From the human T2T-CHM13v2.0 reference genome, Homo sapiens: 64,000 bases of DNA. The position numbers and the translations under genes were made by a program. Where the stretch lies: the NCBI RefSeq assembly GCF_009914755.1, contig NC_060925.1; one strand, written 5' to 3'. Below are positions 13,210 through 27,928 of the stretch, piece after piece (the stretch's first letter is position 1; every line of letters begins with the position of its first letter). Under the pieces are notes generated by a model. It was not told the origin of the DNA. It saw only the letters and a program-made list of their open reading frames with translations, and did not search any database.

Positions 13210-13450
13210 TTTGGCTCTGGAGTCAGACTGCCCCAGTTCCAATCCCGGCTCCACCAGTTACTACCTAAGGGACTCTGGGTGAGAAACTTAACCTCTCTGT
13301 GCTTTCATTCCCCCATCTGTGAAAACGGGATAATATACGGACCTTCTTCATGGGTTCGTCACAGGAGTAAATAAGATTATACCCACAAAAAATTTATGAA
13401 AGGTTCTGGCACTTAGTAAATGTTCAATAAATGCTAATAATCATTATTAT
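13210..13450 (+). mobile_element. MIR (near full length)
   Basis: GGCTCTGGAGTCAGACTGCC...ACTTAACCTCTCTGTGC...TGGCACTTAGTAAATGTTCAATAAATG. Confidence 0.85.
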
Positions 13451-13757
13451 CTGTCTGCATCTGCCTTGGGCTATTTATCCTTAGAAGACAGTGGCTCAAT
13501 TTTGATTATAAAACCCCTCACCACTTTGACACCTACAGATGGATGCTTAATAATTTGTTCCTAAAGAAGTTATCCATCAAGATAGTACCCTCTCCCCTGT
13601 ACTTAGGAGCCAGAACAATTAACACCTGAGAATCTCAAATGTGAGGGAGGTCTGTTCCTAGTGTAATTTGAACTGGGAGGTGGGCTTTTGTGTGTGTGTC
13701 ATGGTTGAAAGCAGTCCATTCTAAGGGTCAACATTACTGGACAGAAATAATTGACTA

Positions 13758-14153
<396 letters not shown>

Positions 14154-16084
14154 CTAGACCTGAGAAAGGGAATCTCATTGCCCCTAGAGCAAATTATAGG
14201 ACAAAAGAGCTGCTCATCCTGAGCACCTTCGGTTCTTCAGGGAAGCGCTCCTTCCAAAGGCTGCCTGCTCATCTGAAACCCTCACCCCATTTTAGAGGCT
14301 TAGATTCAGCTGGGGAGGACCCACAGCCCGAGAAGGAAAACAAACCAACAGATTATGCTTCTAGGTGGCCACAGCAGGCCAAGCCAAGGGCAGGGTGGCC
14401 AAAGGTCAAGCAGCAGTCAGACTGAGCCAACACGAGCCTCCTGTGACAAAGCCAGAGCCAGAGCAGGGCAATTTTCTAACTATAAACGGAAACTCAAGAA
14501 GCTCCAAACCGCACAAACACACGTGGGAAGATGAGGGTAAGGCACAGAAGCTACGGGGTGCACGCGCACAGAGGAAGGGGCTTCATGACGTGCAGGCAGG
14601 GGACCAAGGAAGGGCATATGTGTCAGTGTCGTGGATGCAGCAACAGATCTGGGTTTCTGGGGTCCTGGAGCTTATACAATTTGTGGTGGGAGGGGCGTGG
14701 TCCTCATTAAGGAAAAGACTATAGGTACAAATTTGTGTGTTAGATATGGCCTTGGAAGGGGCCAGTGCAAGTGCATCCTCCTCCCCATGTGGATTTCTGA
14801 ACACTGGTGCACACTCACATGCGTGTGTTTCGTGGCCTCCTGGTTCCCGTCTCAGCACTATTTCTCTTTCCTCTCACACAGTGCTTTGCCTGATTTTTTT
14901 TTTTAATGGTAGAGAGCATGAATTAAAGCCCCCACATCTTGGAATTCAATTCCTCTCCAACACATGTGATGGGCATTTAGATTTTGCATGCCTTCCCCTA
15001 CCCTCCTCCAATGCCCTGCACAATCATCGCTATCTACCAGAGCAGAGTCCCTCCCCACTCCCCTACTCGCTTTGCTGTGGGTAGCCCCACCTTCCCCAAA
15101 GGGCATTGCAGCGGCCCTCTAAGCTGCCAGAAGGGTGAAACCACAGCTCCCCCCAGCTGCCTGGCCCCTTGCATTCCAGCCCTGCACCCAGAGTTTGACC
15201 TTCTCTGTGGCTGGCTGCAGACGTGCTCTGTGTTACAGAAATAGTCCAGCTCCTGAGCCCCTCCAGGCCTCCCTCTGCTTCACTCAGAGACACCCCCACC
15301 TCACTGGCTCCAAAAGAGTCAGGCAGGATCAGAGAGAAGTGCTCCGTTCTCCAGCCTCCTCCCACACACTACTCAGAGCAGAGAGTGGGGCCTGCCTGTT
15401 CCCCTCCTTCTCCTTCCAGCCTCAGTACTCTGTGTCTGCAGAGAGCGTGGACGGAAATGGGAGGTATGAGGCATCGCAGAGTGAAGGGGAGCAGAAAGAA
15501 AAAGCCTGCAGTACCATGGAAAGCTTATGCAATTTGACCTGAAGAAAGGAGTTCAGATTTAGGAACATGGCTATTACCACCATAACCAGAGAGCCACCGT
15601 ACCCATCCCTGCAGATTTCTTTTTTTAAACTACCAGCTCCATGGAGAGAGAAAGGAAAAGAATTTAGTGACAACAGTAGAGATAAAATCCGAATCAGATG
15701 GAGAAAGTCACTAACTAACATATCCTTCTTCCTAGAAAGAAAAATCTCCTGGCTCTAACATTTGTCTTTGATGTGACATTTAACTCCTAAACACTACCTT
15801 CTGGTAGGAAAATACATGGATACATGGAGTGTCTAAATGTAAATTTCTCTTGTTGGAAAGTCTCAAGACAAAGACTAATCCTCGTCCCCCTTTAAGTTTT
15901 CTCTTTCCAACAAGAAATTCTACTGGGTGTAAGGCACTGGGCCTTAGCACATGGCTACAAAGGACAAGGTCGCTGTCCTGGGGGAGTTGATATCAGGCAG
16001 TCTTTTCTCCTGTTCACCTGGGGTAGAACTGTTTGGTTCCCCAGTTGGTCAGAGAGAAAAGGAAGGATGGCTGGGAAGTCACAA

Positions 16085-16290
16085 TGCCTGGATTAGAATC
16101 CTGACTCTACTCCATACTAGCAATGGGACTTTGGACAAGTTATTCAATCTCTCTATGCCTCAGTTTCCTCATCGGCAACAGGGGGGATGGGTAACAGTTT
16201 CTACTTCATAGGATTTATTGTGAGGATTAAGTGACTTAATTCACATAAAATGCCTAAAACGATGCCTGTTACACGTTCGTGGTTATCATT
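16085..16290 (+). mobile_element. MIR
   Basis: GCCTCAGTTTCCTCATC...GTGAGGATTAA. Confidence 0.85.
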
Positions 16291-19274
16291 GTCTCAACCC
16301 CCCAGCTTGTGGAACCACCAGAAACATCGGAACTGAAATTCAGTCCCCTCTACATTGCTAACTATGAGCTGTTTCTTATCAGAGATCCAAAAGGATTTAG
16401 GGTTCTTTGCAGGTTTTGGTTGCCCAACCTCCACAAGGTCCATCAATGTGAGTGATAGAGGGAAGACGGCATCTTGATCTAGGACCCCTTTGCTGTCCTC
16501 CCCCTACTCCTCATATCTCTCCCCATTGACTTGCCTGAACCTCCACACCTTTCTCATGGTTCACAGTTGGCTCTGGTCCCATGGAGCCAGTAGTTGGAAA
16601 AGAAGAATCTAGAGGAGTGCTCTTGGGCATTTCCACAAGTAGTCAGACATGTGTCTCTTCTCCTCAGGGGTTCACTTCGATGAAGAGCAGCAGCCAGTCA
16701 AAAATGCTTCCAAATCCCATAGAGCCTGGCCCAAGCCCTTGTCTTCTCATGCAAAAATAGTTTCATATTCACTAATTCAATCCTAACCTAAGCAAGATGG
16801 TGGGCCTGAGTCTTCCTTGTGAGCCCCAGATGGAATGAGGGACAATGGATGGATTCAGTTACATCATGAAAGACTGAATTTAGAAACAATGAGCTTTCCA
16901 ACAGTGAGACTTTTCAATGTTGACTCCCTAGTGTCAAATGGAACAATCAAACCATTTATGAAAGACTTTACTAAAAGGATAGAGTGGTACCTGAGGAGGG
17001 GTCGGGGACTGAATGGCCTTCAAGGTCCAGGTTCCGGGTCTTTTCTGCACATGGAGAATGGCAATGACACACAGCCATGCCCCAGGTTCCATCAGTCAGA
17101 CTACCCTGCTCCTTGCTAGGCCTTGCCCGTCCTCATGCCAGGCAGGAGAAGAGCCAAGCGAGAGGAGTTGGGGTGTGTAAACTCTCTAGGCCAGACTCCC
17201 CTAGGCTTGGAGGTCCAAGAAGGGCTAATGTGCAACAGAAAGTACTAACCCATTTTTAGAAACTGGCCCCATCCCTAGATCCATGGTTAAGGAAATAACC
17301 ATGTGCCTAAACCCTACCCACTCTTGTGGTTACATGGGGTAGCCACCTGATCTCAGCTCAGCCAAAATCCCTCCCCAGGGATGGGAACAGAGATGGAGAG
17401 AAAAAAGAGGCCAGCCCTTCTCCAGGCAATTCTATTGGTGATGTGCACAGGAAGGAGCTGCTTTTCCATCTTTTCTTTCCTATAGACTGACCAGGAAGCT
17501 GAAAGTCCTCTCTGCAATGAGAGAAGTGAATGAGCCAGCACACAGAGAGGGGCAAAGACCATATCTGTGGCATTCAGCTTCTTGCTTCTAGTCCATTCTT
17601 GTGATCCAGCCATTTCTTTGACCTTGAGTTCTGAGAGACACCCCAGCTCCCTTATAATTAAATCCCCTCTGGGGCTTCAGCTGCTTTGAGTAGTCAGTAA
17701 CTTGTACCCAGAAGTCACAAATTAATCCCAGAGGAAGGGACAAGATAATTTCCAGAGGACCCAAAGTCTCCATCTAGACTTTGCACACATGGTTGGTATG
17801 AGGAAGAAAAGGAAAGCAAACAGGAGGAAGAAGGGAAAGCACTGGGAATTTTGTCTAAAGACAGCAGAAAAGGGTGCTGGGAGGCTGTCACCAGCCTAGA
17901 CACCAGGCCATCTGAGAGGACAGGAAGAAAGAGGAGGGTCAGAGAAAGCAGGTGAGCTTCCTACTGCCCAGTGCAGAAGAGCCCCTGGGATGTTTAAGAG
18001 GGAGCTGGCAACAGAAGTGGGGTGTGTCATATAGGTGAGCTAAGGTCCATAGGGAAGGTGGCAGGGGAGGACTGCTGACCGAAGGACTCAGGGAGCTCTG
18101 AGCCGGCAGCCAGCAAGCTGACACAGCTTTGAGACATTTTCCCAGAGGACAGCCATTATTGAGGGGAGAAAACATCTCGCATTCTTTCTCCTGCACTTTC
18201 CAAAGCAACGTGGGTCTTCTACTGTCTTAGGGCCTCACAGTTCTCTCAGGCTAAGAGGTTTAACCTGCCCCCTCATGTCTTCTTTAGAAAGGCCTACTTC
18301 CCTGGCACCAATTCCATGAGCTAATGTCCCCTTTAAGAATATTTTTTGCCCCATCTGTTCTCTAGTTGGCTGGAGCAGATGTTCTTTGTTCCTGTGGAAA
18401 CTAACCTACCACCCTTCCTAATGGGTGTCTTCCTAGTGAAGCACAGGCCACTCCCCTGCCAGAGCAGCCGGCCCTTCTACTGCTTGGAGTTCACTGATGG
18501 CAGGCTCCTCACCACAGAGGAACACCATGGACACATGTGCCTGAATATTAAGAGTCCAGATCTTGCCTGACCTAGAGATGACCCAGAAATGGCAGCTGCC
18601 ATCTGACAGTACTTAGAAGATAAAAGAGGGAGGTTATCTATGCCATTGCCCAGACAACAGACCAGGGTCCATCTTTCCAGTGATGTGTTAACAGCAGGGT
18701 GCATCTTCAGCAGATTGAATTAGTGCTTCCTTTGACTGTTTTTTCATATCACTAATGAAGACCAGAGAGACTCCCTAATTGAATTCTCCCTATTTCAAGC
18801 TGCTCATCACTCTCAAGCTTGCCCAGGGCTCATGATCCTTGAGGACAATCCTTCTCTCAAGACAGGTCCCCACTCAAGGGAACACTTCTCCAGCCATGCA
18901 ATGCGTGGGGAAGCAGGAAGCACTGTGCATTTCACTGGCTCTGTATGGGGGTTTCTTCCACTGCAGATAATGCATCTCTCACTAAATCCAACTTGACCCC
19001 ATTTGTTCTTGGCTCTCATAGCCCCGACAAAGCCAGCTGGATTCTTCTTGTAAGCCACAAAGTTGACTGAAATTTAGCTTCCTCTCTTCTGAGCCATTAG
19101 CCTACTGGGATCCCAGAAGTCAATGTATAAATAAGAACAAGCCAATAAATGATCCCTATCAGATGTCCAGAAAGTACCCCCCTAATCAGAGAAGATGTCA
19201 AAGTCAGAGCTCCCCGTGCCCACCCTTGAGTTGTCTTCATTCATTCTAAAGAGGTATTACCTTGGAGGAAAAGC

Positions 19275-19432
19275 CTAGCTCTGCAGGCAGACAGACCTGG
19301 ATTGGAATGACAGCTCAGCCCACTTATCAGCTGAATGTCAATGGACAAGTTATTGATCCTCTCTAAACCCTAGCTTTCTCATCTGTAAAATGGGAAGACC
19401 AATTCCTACCTTACAAGACTATATGAGGCAAT
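19275..19432 (+). mobile_element. MIR
   Basis: GGCAGACAGACCTGG...TTTCTCATCTGTAAAATGGG. Confidence 0.8.
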
Positions 19433-19434
19433 AC

Positions 19435-19752
19435 AGAGCCGCAATGCTTTCATAGCATTCCAAAACCTACAAATGTCTGAACTGAAAGTTTTGTCCTAAC
19501 TGGCAGCAAAACTCAACCTGACTTGAGCATATTTAGCTGCAAACTGCGACCTGAACTGGCATGAGACTCTTTACAGCCTTTATTTATCCCACTCATGTGA
19601 CGCTCTCAGTCTGGCTGCAGGATATTAATATGTTTGATTATGGAGCTGCTCCAGATCCTACTGAAGGTTTTATGTAATAAACAATGTGTACCACTTTACC
19701 ATTCTAAAATCCATAGGCCCCAAAGATTTCAGATAATGAAGTATAGAGCTAT
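19435..19752 (-). mobile_element. MER46C-like (TcMar-Tigger) DNA transposon
   Basis: GACCTGAACTG...CTTTATTTATCCCACT...ATATTAATATGTTTGATTA...GGCCCCAAAGATTTCAGATAA. Confidence 0.7.
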
Positions 19753-20739
19753 ACAAGCCACCTCTCTAGCTCCAGAAGACAGGAGTTTCAGCAGAGTCAC
19801 CAGAGTTATTTAAGCTAAAGATGCTGACAGCGAGTCAAAGCACTTGCCTCATCACCAGTCTGGAGAGTCTCTGGGTTCCTGCAGCCTGGAGCTGGCTCCT
19901 GGGAATGCATGTTGGCATGGGACAGGGGAGAGGATTCAAAGAACAGCTCATCAGCCTACAGCAATCTGCTGCATTTCTACGCTGAATAGAGCTGGCGGAG
20001 GCAATGTGTTATTTGGTTGGACTTCAGGTATAGACATGCCCACAGAGTCCAAACACGCCACCCAAGTCCCCACCTCATTGGGCTTCCAGCCCTCTCTCCA
20101 CCCTACCACCACCCCATGGCTTCATCTGTACCACTTACTCCCTAGGTCCATTCCCAGGGGATAAATGACAGAGCTGTGGGGGAAACAGAGAGAAGGGGGG
20201 CTTGAGTTTATGAGGAATTGAAGGAAGGAATTCCAATTGTGAGGGGGATGATGATGATGGGACATTAGGGTGAGAAACAAACATATCAACACACAGCCGA
20301 ACAGGTTTGGCATGTTTCTCCTGATGCTGTTTCATGGCCTCAGGAGGCTTTTAAAATGGGAAACCAGCCCTGGTCAGTAACAGTGAAAAATGTTGGGCAA
20401 TTCTCAGATCTCTTGGCTCTAGTCGTACATTTTAGGGACTTACTGATGATTATTATGGACTCAACCCACTCTAAGGCACAGTCGTCCAAGTGGACTTCTC
20501 AATTCTGACCTTGGACCTGCTATCTTGAGAAGACCTAGTCCATCCTGCCACCTTCAGCCACTTTTCCAACAGGCATACGACTGTTGGGCAGTAGACCTGC
20601 AGTTCAGAAAGAGGTTGTGGATGCTTCTTTTCTTGGAGTGATAACATCTACATGAAATTCTTAGAAACGCCCTACTGTGTATCACATGGAGACCTGAGGC
20701 ATGCAGAATTAAACAAAGAGGATGGTGGCAATCAAATTC

Positions 20740-20860
20740 AATTCCCTCATGTTACAAATGAAGAATCTGAGGCCCAGAGAGAAGGATTGAGTTTTCCAAG
20801 ACCATGAAGCAAGTTAGAGACAAAGCTGGCCCTGGAGTCCAGGTATTGCTTTCCATAATC
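20740..20860 (-). mobile_element. MIR
   Basis: TTACAAATGAAGAATCTGAGGCCCAGAGAG. Confidence 0.75.
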
Positions 20861-21048
20861 TCACCATGATAAGGAGGGGGACATCTTCAAAAGTCCAGGA
20901 ATATCCTTGTTGACCTTGCATGTGTCATGTTGCCCAGGCTGGTCTTTGCATTCAGGAAAAGCCATGCTGCATGATTAACGCCTTCTTCCTTCTGGCTTGA
21001 ACATCTCAGAAGAGATTCTAATCTCTAAGAATTTAGCTGTACTCCCTA

Positions 21049-21582
<534 letters not shown>

Positions 21583-22295
21583 TTACACTTCTTGGATCCT
21601 TTTCTTTCTTTCCCCCCTCTGCTAGTTTGAACAGCCCCATGGTATCCATCATCAGTCACAGGTTCAGGCTTTCCTGCATCACCGTTCTTAAGGGCTATGC
21701 TGCTGGACTGACCCATCACTATCTAGAAACTGTCTGGAAAAGAAAATCTCACACACCTTGGCCTGGTCTTCCAGATCGGAGCCAATCTTCCCTTTAGTCA
21801 TTTTCCCTATGCCTCTTTGCCCTGAGAAAGCTCGAGAATCTGCCACCCTCTCACCCTCTCCCCACAGTTGAACAACCTTCCTAATTTAGGAATCTTAACC
21901 ACTTTCCTAGGCTAGGAGGGCTCTTATTTCAGGACATGAAAATGGGATGAAAAAATCAGAAAGTTTTCTTATATAAAGAAGTCCTGGGTATCTGCTTTTA
22001 GGAAAAGTGTCCTAGAATGAACCTCAAAAAAGAGCATCTAGTTCAAGTCCTAGGGTGGTTTCAAACTGAGTTTTTCCTAAAAGCTTTTGCTCATACAAGT
22101 CTGCATATATGTGCACACCAACCATGTGTCTCAGATTCTGGCAGCTGGGCACCTGTCTGGGGTTTCCCACATATTTGTTGTAATTCCAGGTCTGAATCCT
22201 CAAAAGGTAGAAGACTCAGACACTCTAATACCCCCAGGAGCCTCCAAATTTACAAAAGCTCCAATCTATATTATTTTGGGGTACGGGGGTGGTGG

Positions 22296-22581
22296 TGAGA
22301 CAAGAGTCTCACTCTATTGCCCAGGCTGGAGTACAGAGGCGCAATCACGGCTAACTGCAACCTCTGCCTCCTTGGCTCAAGCGATCCTCCTGCCTTAGCC
22401 TCCTGAGTAGCTGGGACTGTAGGCGTGTGTCACCATGTCTGGTTAATTTTTGTATTTTTTTGTAGAGACGGGATTTCACCGTGTTGCCCAGGCTTGTCTT
22501 GAACTCCTGAGCTCAAGCGATCTGCCCGCCTCAGCCTCCCAAAGTGCCAGGATTACAGGTGTGAGCCACTGTGCCAGGCTT
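22296..22581 (-). mobile_element. AluJb-like element
   Basis: Antisense dimer with GCTCAAGCGATCCTCCTGCC and TTGCCCAGGCT. Confidence 0.9.
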
Positions 22582-25230
22582 AGCCTATATTCTTGAGAGT
22601 TCAAGAAGACCCACCATTTCAAAAACTGATATCAAGATTTTTAAATGTTCTTGACTTCAACCACCCAGTTAACAACATGTTTCTCACACTATTCCCAAAA
22701 TCCAATCCACAGATCTCCTTGCTCTTTTCCAAAGATAGAAGACGACCTCCCTCATTTCCAAAAGGTGACTGTAGGAATAAGAATGCGCAAGTCCTAATCC
22801 CAAAGCCCTGCTATCCCTGCTATTCAGGACAAAGGGGAAGAGGAAGTGAGAGTACATTCCTTCACCGGGGGCCTGACCCTGGAGGTAGAAACCTCTCACA
22901 AAGTAAGAATGGAGAAAGACTCAATATGTTTATCAGTTTATCACATTCTAAAGACCCGCAGGGAAAGATGGTAGTGACAAGATCAGAATTCAAGTTTTCA
23001 GAAATCTGCCCCAAAAGTGGCCTTATCAGGGACAACCAATATAAGATTGTCAACTTTTAATTTTGCTAAATAAGGATATTTTAAAAGCCTGATTACCATC
23101 TACTCTCACCATCAGCTCTGAAAAAGGATAAGCTAGTAAATATTTCAGCACATCTCCTGCCCCTAAAAGATGTCTTCTAATACATTTTGCTTTCTGAAAA
23201 AAATTGGTAAATTTTCCCTATTTTTCTTATTTTACCTCAGACTGGTGAAAACTCTGTCACAGACCAAAACTTGGGAATCACTGGGCCAGAAGACAGCTCC
23301 ATGTCCCTTTTAGCTTGAGCCTAAAAATTAAGAGAAAGATCCTACGCTTTTGGGATTCAGACCTTCTAGAAAACCTGAGTAGGGCAGGTATGGAAGGGAG
23401 GGGGAAATTAATACACATACTATTCTTTACTTATATTAAAGGCACTCTGTCAATTACAAGGCACTGAACAAACATTGGTTGTTATTTTATAAAGCAGGTG
23501 TCCAGTGAGCATCTACCACCCTACTGAAACCTCTTAAATTTCTGTGAGCCCCTGAATTTTACCATATCCTCGCCTGTTCAAATAATTCAGGGACAATAGA
23601 GAAGAAGGCAATCTACTCCAAGTCAAGAATTACCTGAGGAAAAAAAGTATGCCTCTGGTGCGTGGTAGAGAGCATCAAATTGGCAACGTAACATAGACAT
23701 AGACCCAGTGATGCCATTTCAATTGCACGATGAGGGGGCCCAGAGAGGACTGGTTCCATACCAGGGAGCAGTTTTCCACTCTGCCTTCCCTATCACTGCT
23801 TCTTTCTCATTACTCTGATGCAGAAAGTATGGGGGATGAACAGGTAAAGGAAAGTGCGTGCATTGCTGGGCAGTGGGGTAGAGGGAGGTGCATGCAGTAC
23901 TGCGGCACGCTGGATTAGGAGTTGGATTCTAATCCATCCCTCCTGCTGACTAACCATAGCAGCATCTTTTGGCTCCAGTTTCCTCATCTATATTGTAGGA
24001 ATATTTTTCCCATCTTCCCTACAGGATTGCAGGTAAACTGAGAGACCCTTGAAGGCAGATCCAGTTCTTTTCCATCTCTCTATACTCAAAATCTAGCACA
24101 CTGCTTAGGGAAGAAGAGGGATCAGTAAACACCTGCTAAATTGAGCTAGAATGGGAGTGTGGGTATGAAAGCACACTTGGTCTGAGCTGCAAAGCACTGT
24201 ACAATTGAACAAAAGGAAGAAATTATGACACTCTTTTGGCCAAAATTATGCACAGCAGCATCTACCAACTACATAAAGATGCTATGAATTCTATTTGGAA
24301 GTAGGTGGTGACATAAATAAAAAAATGTTTAATGCCCATAGTTTCAAAAATAACCAGACTGTACAACCTATTAATTGTATTGCCTAATAAATGGCTGTGT
24401 GATTGCCTTCTAAATTCCATTGTACTATATGATTTCTTAGGCTTAAAATGTATTTTTGTTGCACTTTGCCCATCCCGCATCACCTCTCATACATTTCTCC
24501 CACTATATTCAGAAGTCAGTAGGCAAACGGTGGTTTTCTCACCTATTCTGGATTATATCGACATTGAGAGTTGAGATCACTTGCCTGGCTGCAGCTTTGG
24601 AATGTGTCAGAGTTTAGGACTCCCCAATCCCTCTTTTTGTTCCTTTCCATCCACCCCATATTCTTTCTCTAGCTTTCTCCACCACATTCCTCCTCCAATG
24701 TATATCTCACCACCCCAAATCTGCTTTTCAAAAACCACCTCCAGCCTCTGGCTCTGTCCCATTGAGTCTGGGCCACCCACCATTCCTGCGAGATCCTGCC
24801 TCACAGCATGTGCTGCCCACAGGACCAGTGACTGCTCAGATGGCAGCCAGGCCAGGCTGCCCACCCACCAGCCCCTGTACAAGGCAGTTCTCTGATCTCT
24901 GCTCCTTGCCACCAAGAAACACCACACAAACCCTAGGAAGACGGGGCCACATTCAGCCAGCCTTACCCACCATCCACCAATCACCTGTCTCGCCCAAATT
25001 TCTGCTTTCAGGCAAAATGCCAATTCCTCCTCCCCCTCTTCCAAGGCTTTGGCCTCCATCCTGCCCAATTCTGAGGCACTGAGAAGAAAGTGCTCCTGCC
25101 ACTTGCCCCTCATAGCTTTGATCCCTTGGGTTGGTTCAAGCTAATTTCACATGGAGACCATGCTGGAATGCATAAGGATCTCACCTTCCCAACAGACAGC
25201 TTTACAGGTAGATTTATAAGAAATGTTCCA

Positions 25231-25416
25231 GGACATAAAGATAACAACAGTAGATAGATACCGGGGACTCCAAAATGGGGGAGAAACCTATTGGGTACTA
25301 TATTCACTATTTGGGTGACTGGTTCAACAGAAGCCCAAACCTCAGCATTATGCAATATATCCACGTAATGAACCTGTACATGTACACCATCCCCCACCAT
25401 CTAAAATTAAAAAAAC
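25231..25416 (+). mobile_element. L1PB/late-L1PA-like 3' terminal fragment
   Basis: CCTATTGGGTACTAT...AGCCCAAACCTCAGCATTATGCAATATATCC...AACCTGTACATGTAC, then A-tail. Confidence 0.8.
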
Positions 25417-25728
25417 AAGTGTTCTAAGCACCTACAAAATCCAGGGCTTACCCTAGGGGCATCAGTCCTCTGGATACCCATGGGTTGTACTTATGTCTCT
25501 AAATTCCCTCTGCAGCCCCCTACCCCCAAGGGAGAAAATAGTCACCTTCTAGAAATTAGACATTTTCTTTAACTTTTTAATGAGAGACCCCGAGGAAGAT
25601 GAACATTTACGCAATATTCTTATTTGCTAGAAGAGAAAGAAGGGATAAATGAAAAGAAGAAGAGGTAAAAGAAAGAGGAAGAACAGGTAAAAGATTTGCT
25701 TCCCAACTATTAACAGAAGTACCTGCAC

Positions 25729-25776
25729 CACACACACACTCACACACATTCACTCTCACACACTCACACTCATTCA
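25729..25776. repeat. Imperfect (CA)n/(CACT)n microsatellite
   Basis: cacacacacactcacacacattcactctcacacactcacact. Confidence 0.8.
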
Positions 25777-25902
25777 TATCTGCCTTACTGTGAAATACTG
25801 CTCTTTGCCCAACATGTGAGTTTTTCTCCCGGGTCCTCTCCACTGAAAGTTTGGCTGGCCCCAGTTCTTCCTAGCGGAGATCCCCAGGACCCTAGATTTT
25901 AC

Positions 25903-26275
25903 CTTCCATGCCAGATGTCAGGACCCAGCTGGGAGACGCAGACTGCCGACTGAGAAGGAGTGAAGCAATACTTCTGATCGGAGAAAGCTGCCGAGGGTGG
26001 CGGATGCACTGCCCATGAGAAGGAAGGAGACAGGGAGAGAGCCTGGGATTCCAGAATTCCCCCAGCCTTCCAGGAAGACTCTGGTGTCAGCTCTCTCCTT
26101 GCTCCAGCGCTAACTGAAAACCTAAGGAACATCTCCCAATAAAGCTGGCTCTGAAATCTGAAACTGCAGGTTGGCCAAGTCCTATATAAACACACTCACA
26201 CCCCCAGTTCCTCGGGTCTGATGGCTTACCCGCCCTCGCGTTCCCCTCACTCCCTACCCCGCCTGCTCATTGGAA
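25903..26275 (-). promoter_or_regulatory. Candidate promoter and first exon
   Basis: Minus order: CCAAT (26273-26269), two GC boxes (26263-26257, 26235-26229), TATA-like (26190-26183), then GGC-ATG-GAAG|GTAAAA at 25903/25902. The TATA fits the + strand better, so orientation is not certain. Confidence 0.45.
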
Positions 26276-26841
26276 ACATCAGACAGCCCTCTAGCTGCAG
26301 CAACTCCTGAAACCCTAAGCTGAGCTAGCCCAGCGGAGCTGAGCCCAGAGGTGCAGGCACTGGGAGAGAGCCCTGCCAGGTGCTCTCCACTGTCTCTCCC
26401 AGCCCCAACCCCTCCAGCAGTTCAAGTCCAGGTGCTTAAGTGGCACTCAGGATCGAGGCAATAAGGGCAACAGGCAAGTCTGCAGCTTAAGAGCAGAGAT
26501 TTTGAGACTATTCCTCCATATTAGGGAATATTCTCCTAAGGATCCGATTCTAGATAACTGGGTCTGACATATATAAATGGCTAAATTTGTCTTCCTCACC
26601 TCTCCCAATTTTCTGCATATCCTTCTTATGGAGCTCCCCTTTCTTTTGTGCTTCCACCCATAATAGAATTAGGCCAGGTGAGACTAGGAAGGGACTGTAG
26701 CAATTGTAACAAATGCCTCATTTTGCAGATAAGAGAGCTGAGGCCAGGATGATGACATGGCTTGGCAAAGCCAGGGAGTGACTCCCAGCCCGATTCGGCA
26801 TCTTGGATGGTAGAAGGAAAATAAGAGGCTTACAAGTCAGA

Positions 26842-27000
26842 TGGGCTGGGCAGTGGCTCATGCCTATAATCTCAACACTTTAGGAGGATTGCTTGAGGCC
26901 AGGGGTTCGAGGCTGCAGTGAGCTATGATCCTATGATCATGCCATTGCACTCCCACCTGGGTGACAGAGCGAGACCCTGTCAATCAATCAATCAATCAAT
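26842..27000 (+). mobile_element. Alu monomer (FAM/FRAM-like) with (TCAA)n tail
   Basis: Single arm GAGGCTGCAGTGAGCTATGATC; internal CTATGATC duplication. Confidence 0.85.
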
Positions 27001-27067
27001 GTCAGTTGGAACCATGCTTTAATACAACTAGATACTCACTTGGACCACTGATTGCAAGAAAAAAAAA

Positions 27068-27195
27068 ATCACTTAACCTCTCTGAGCTTCAGTTTCCTCA
27101 TCTGTAAAATGAGGCTAAGGATCCCACCTGAGTCACAGTAAATAAGGTAACATGTATACAGGGGCACATGGTAGGCACTCAGTAAATGCCCATTG
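27068..27195 (+). mobile_element. MIR
   Basis: TCACTTAACCTCTCTGAGCTTCAGTTTCCTCATCTGTAAAATG. Confidence 0.9.
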
Positions 27196-27242
27196 CTCTT
27201 CCCACTACCTCCAGTCGCCAGCTGACTCAAGAAGGTAATTCT

Positions 27243-27562
<320 letters not shown>

Positions 27563-27928
27563 TCAAGAAGGTAATTCTAAATTGCCTGTAGTATTTACTG
27601 TTCCTCCAGTGGCTGGTTTCATGTTTCTCATTCATTGTCTTTCTGTCACTCTATTAACATCCATAGTTTACTTTGTACAGTGCTCAGCATGTAGTGCTTC
27701 ATTTCTGTTAAGGGAAATATTTGACGTGCAGGCTGAGGTCATAGACAGATTCACACTGAAGACTCCCTGCAGGTCTCCCCCGCATCTCAACCTCCAGGCT
27801 CCAAGCTTCAGTCCCATGAGCCCAACCACCTACTGAGCATTTTCCTGAGGGTAACCAGACTGAACCTTAAACTCAGCATGCTACAATCAAATTAAGATTG
27901 ACCACCCACTGACTAATATATCATTGTA

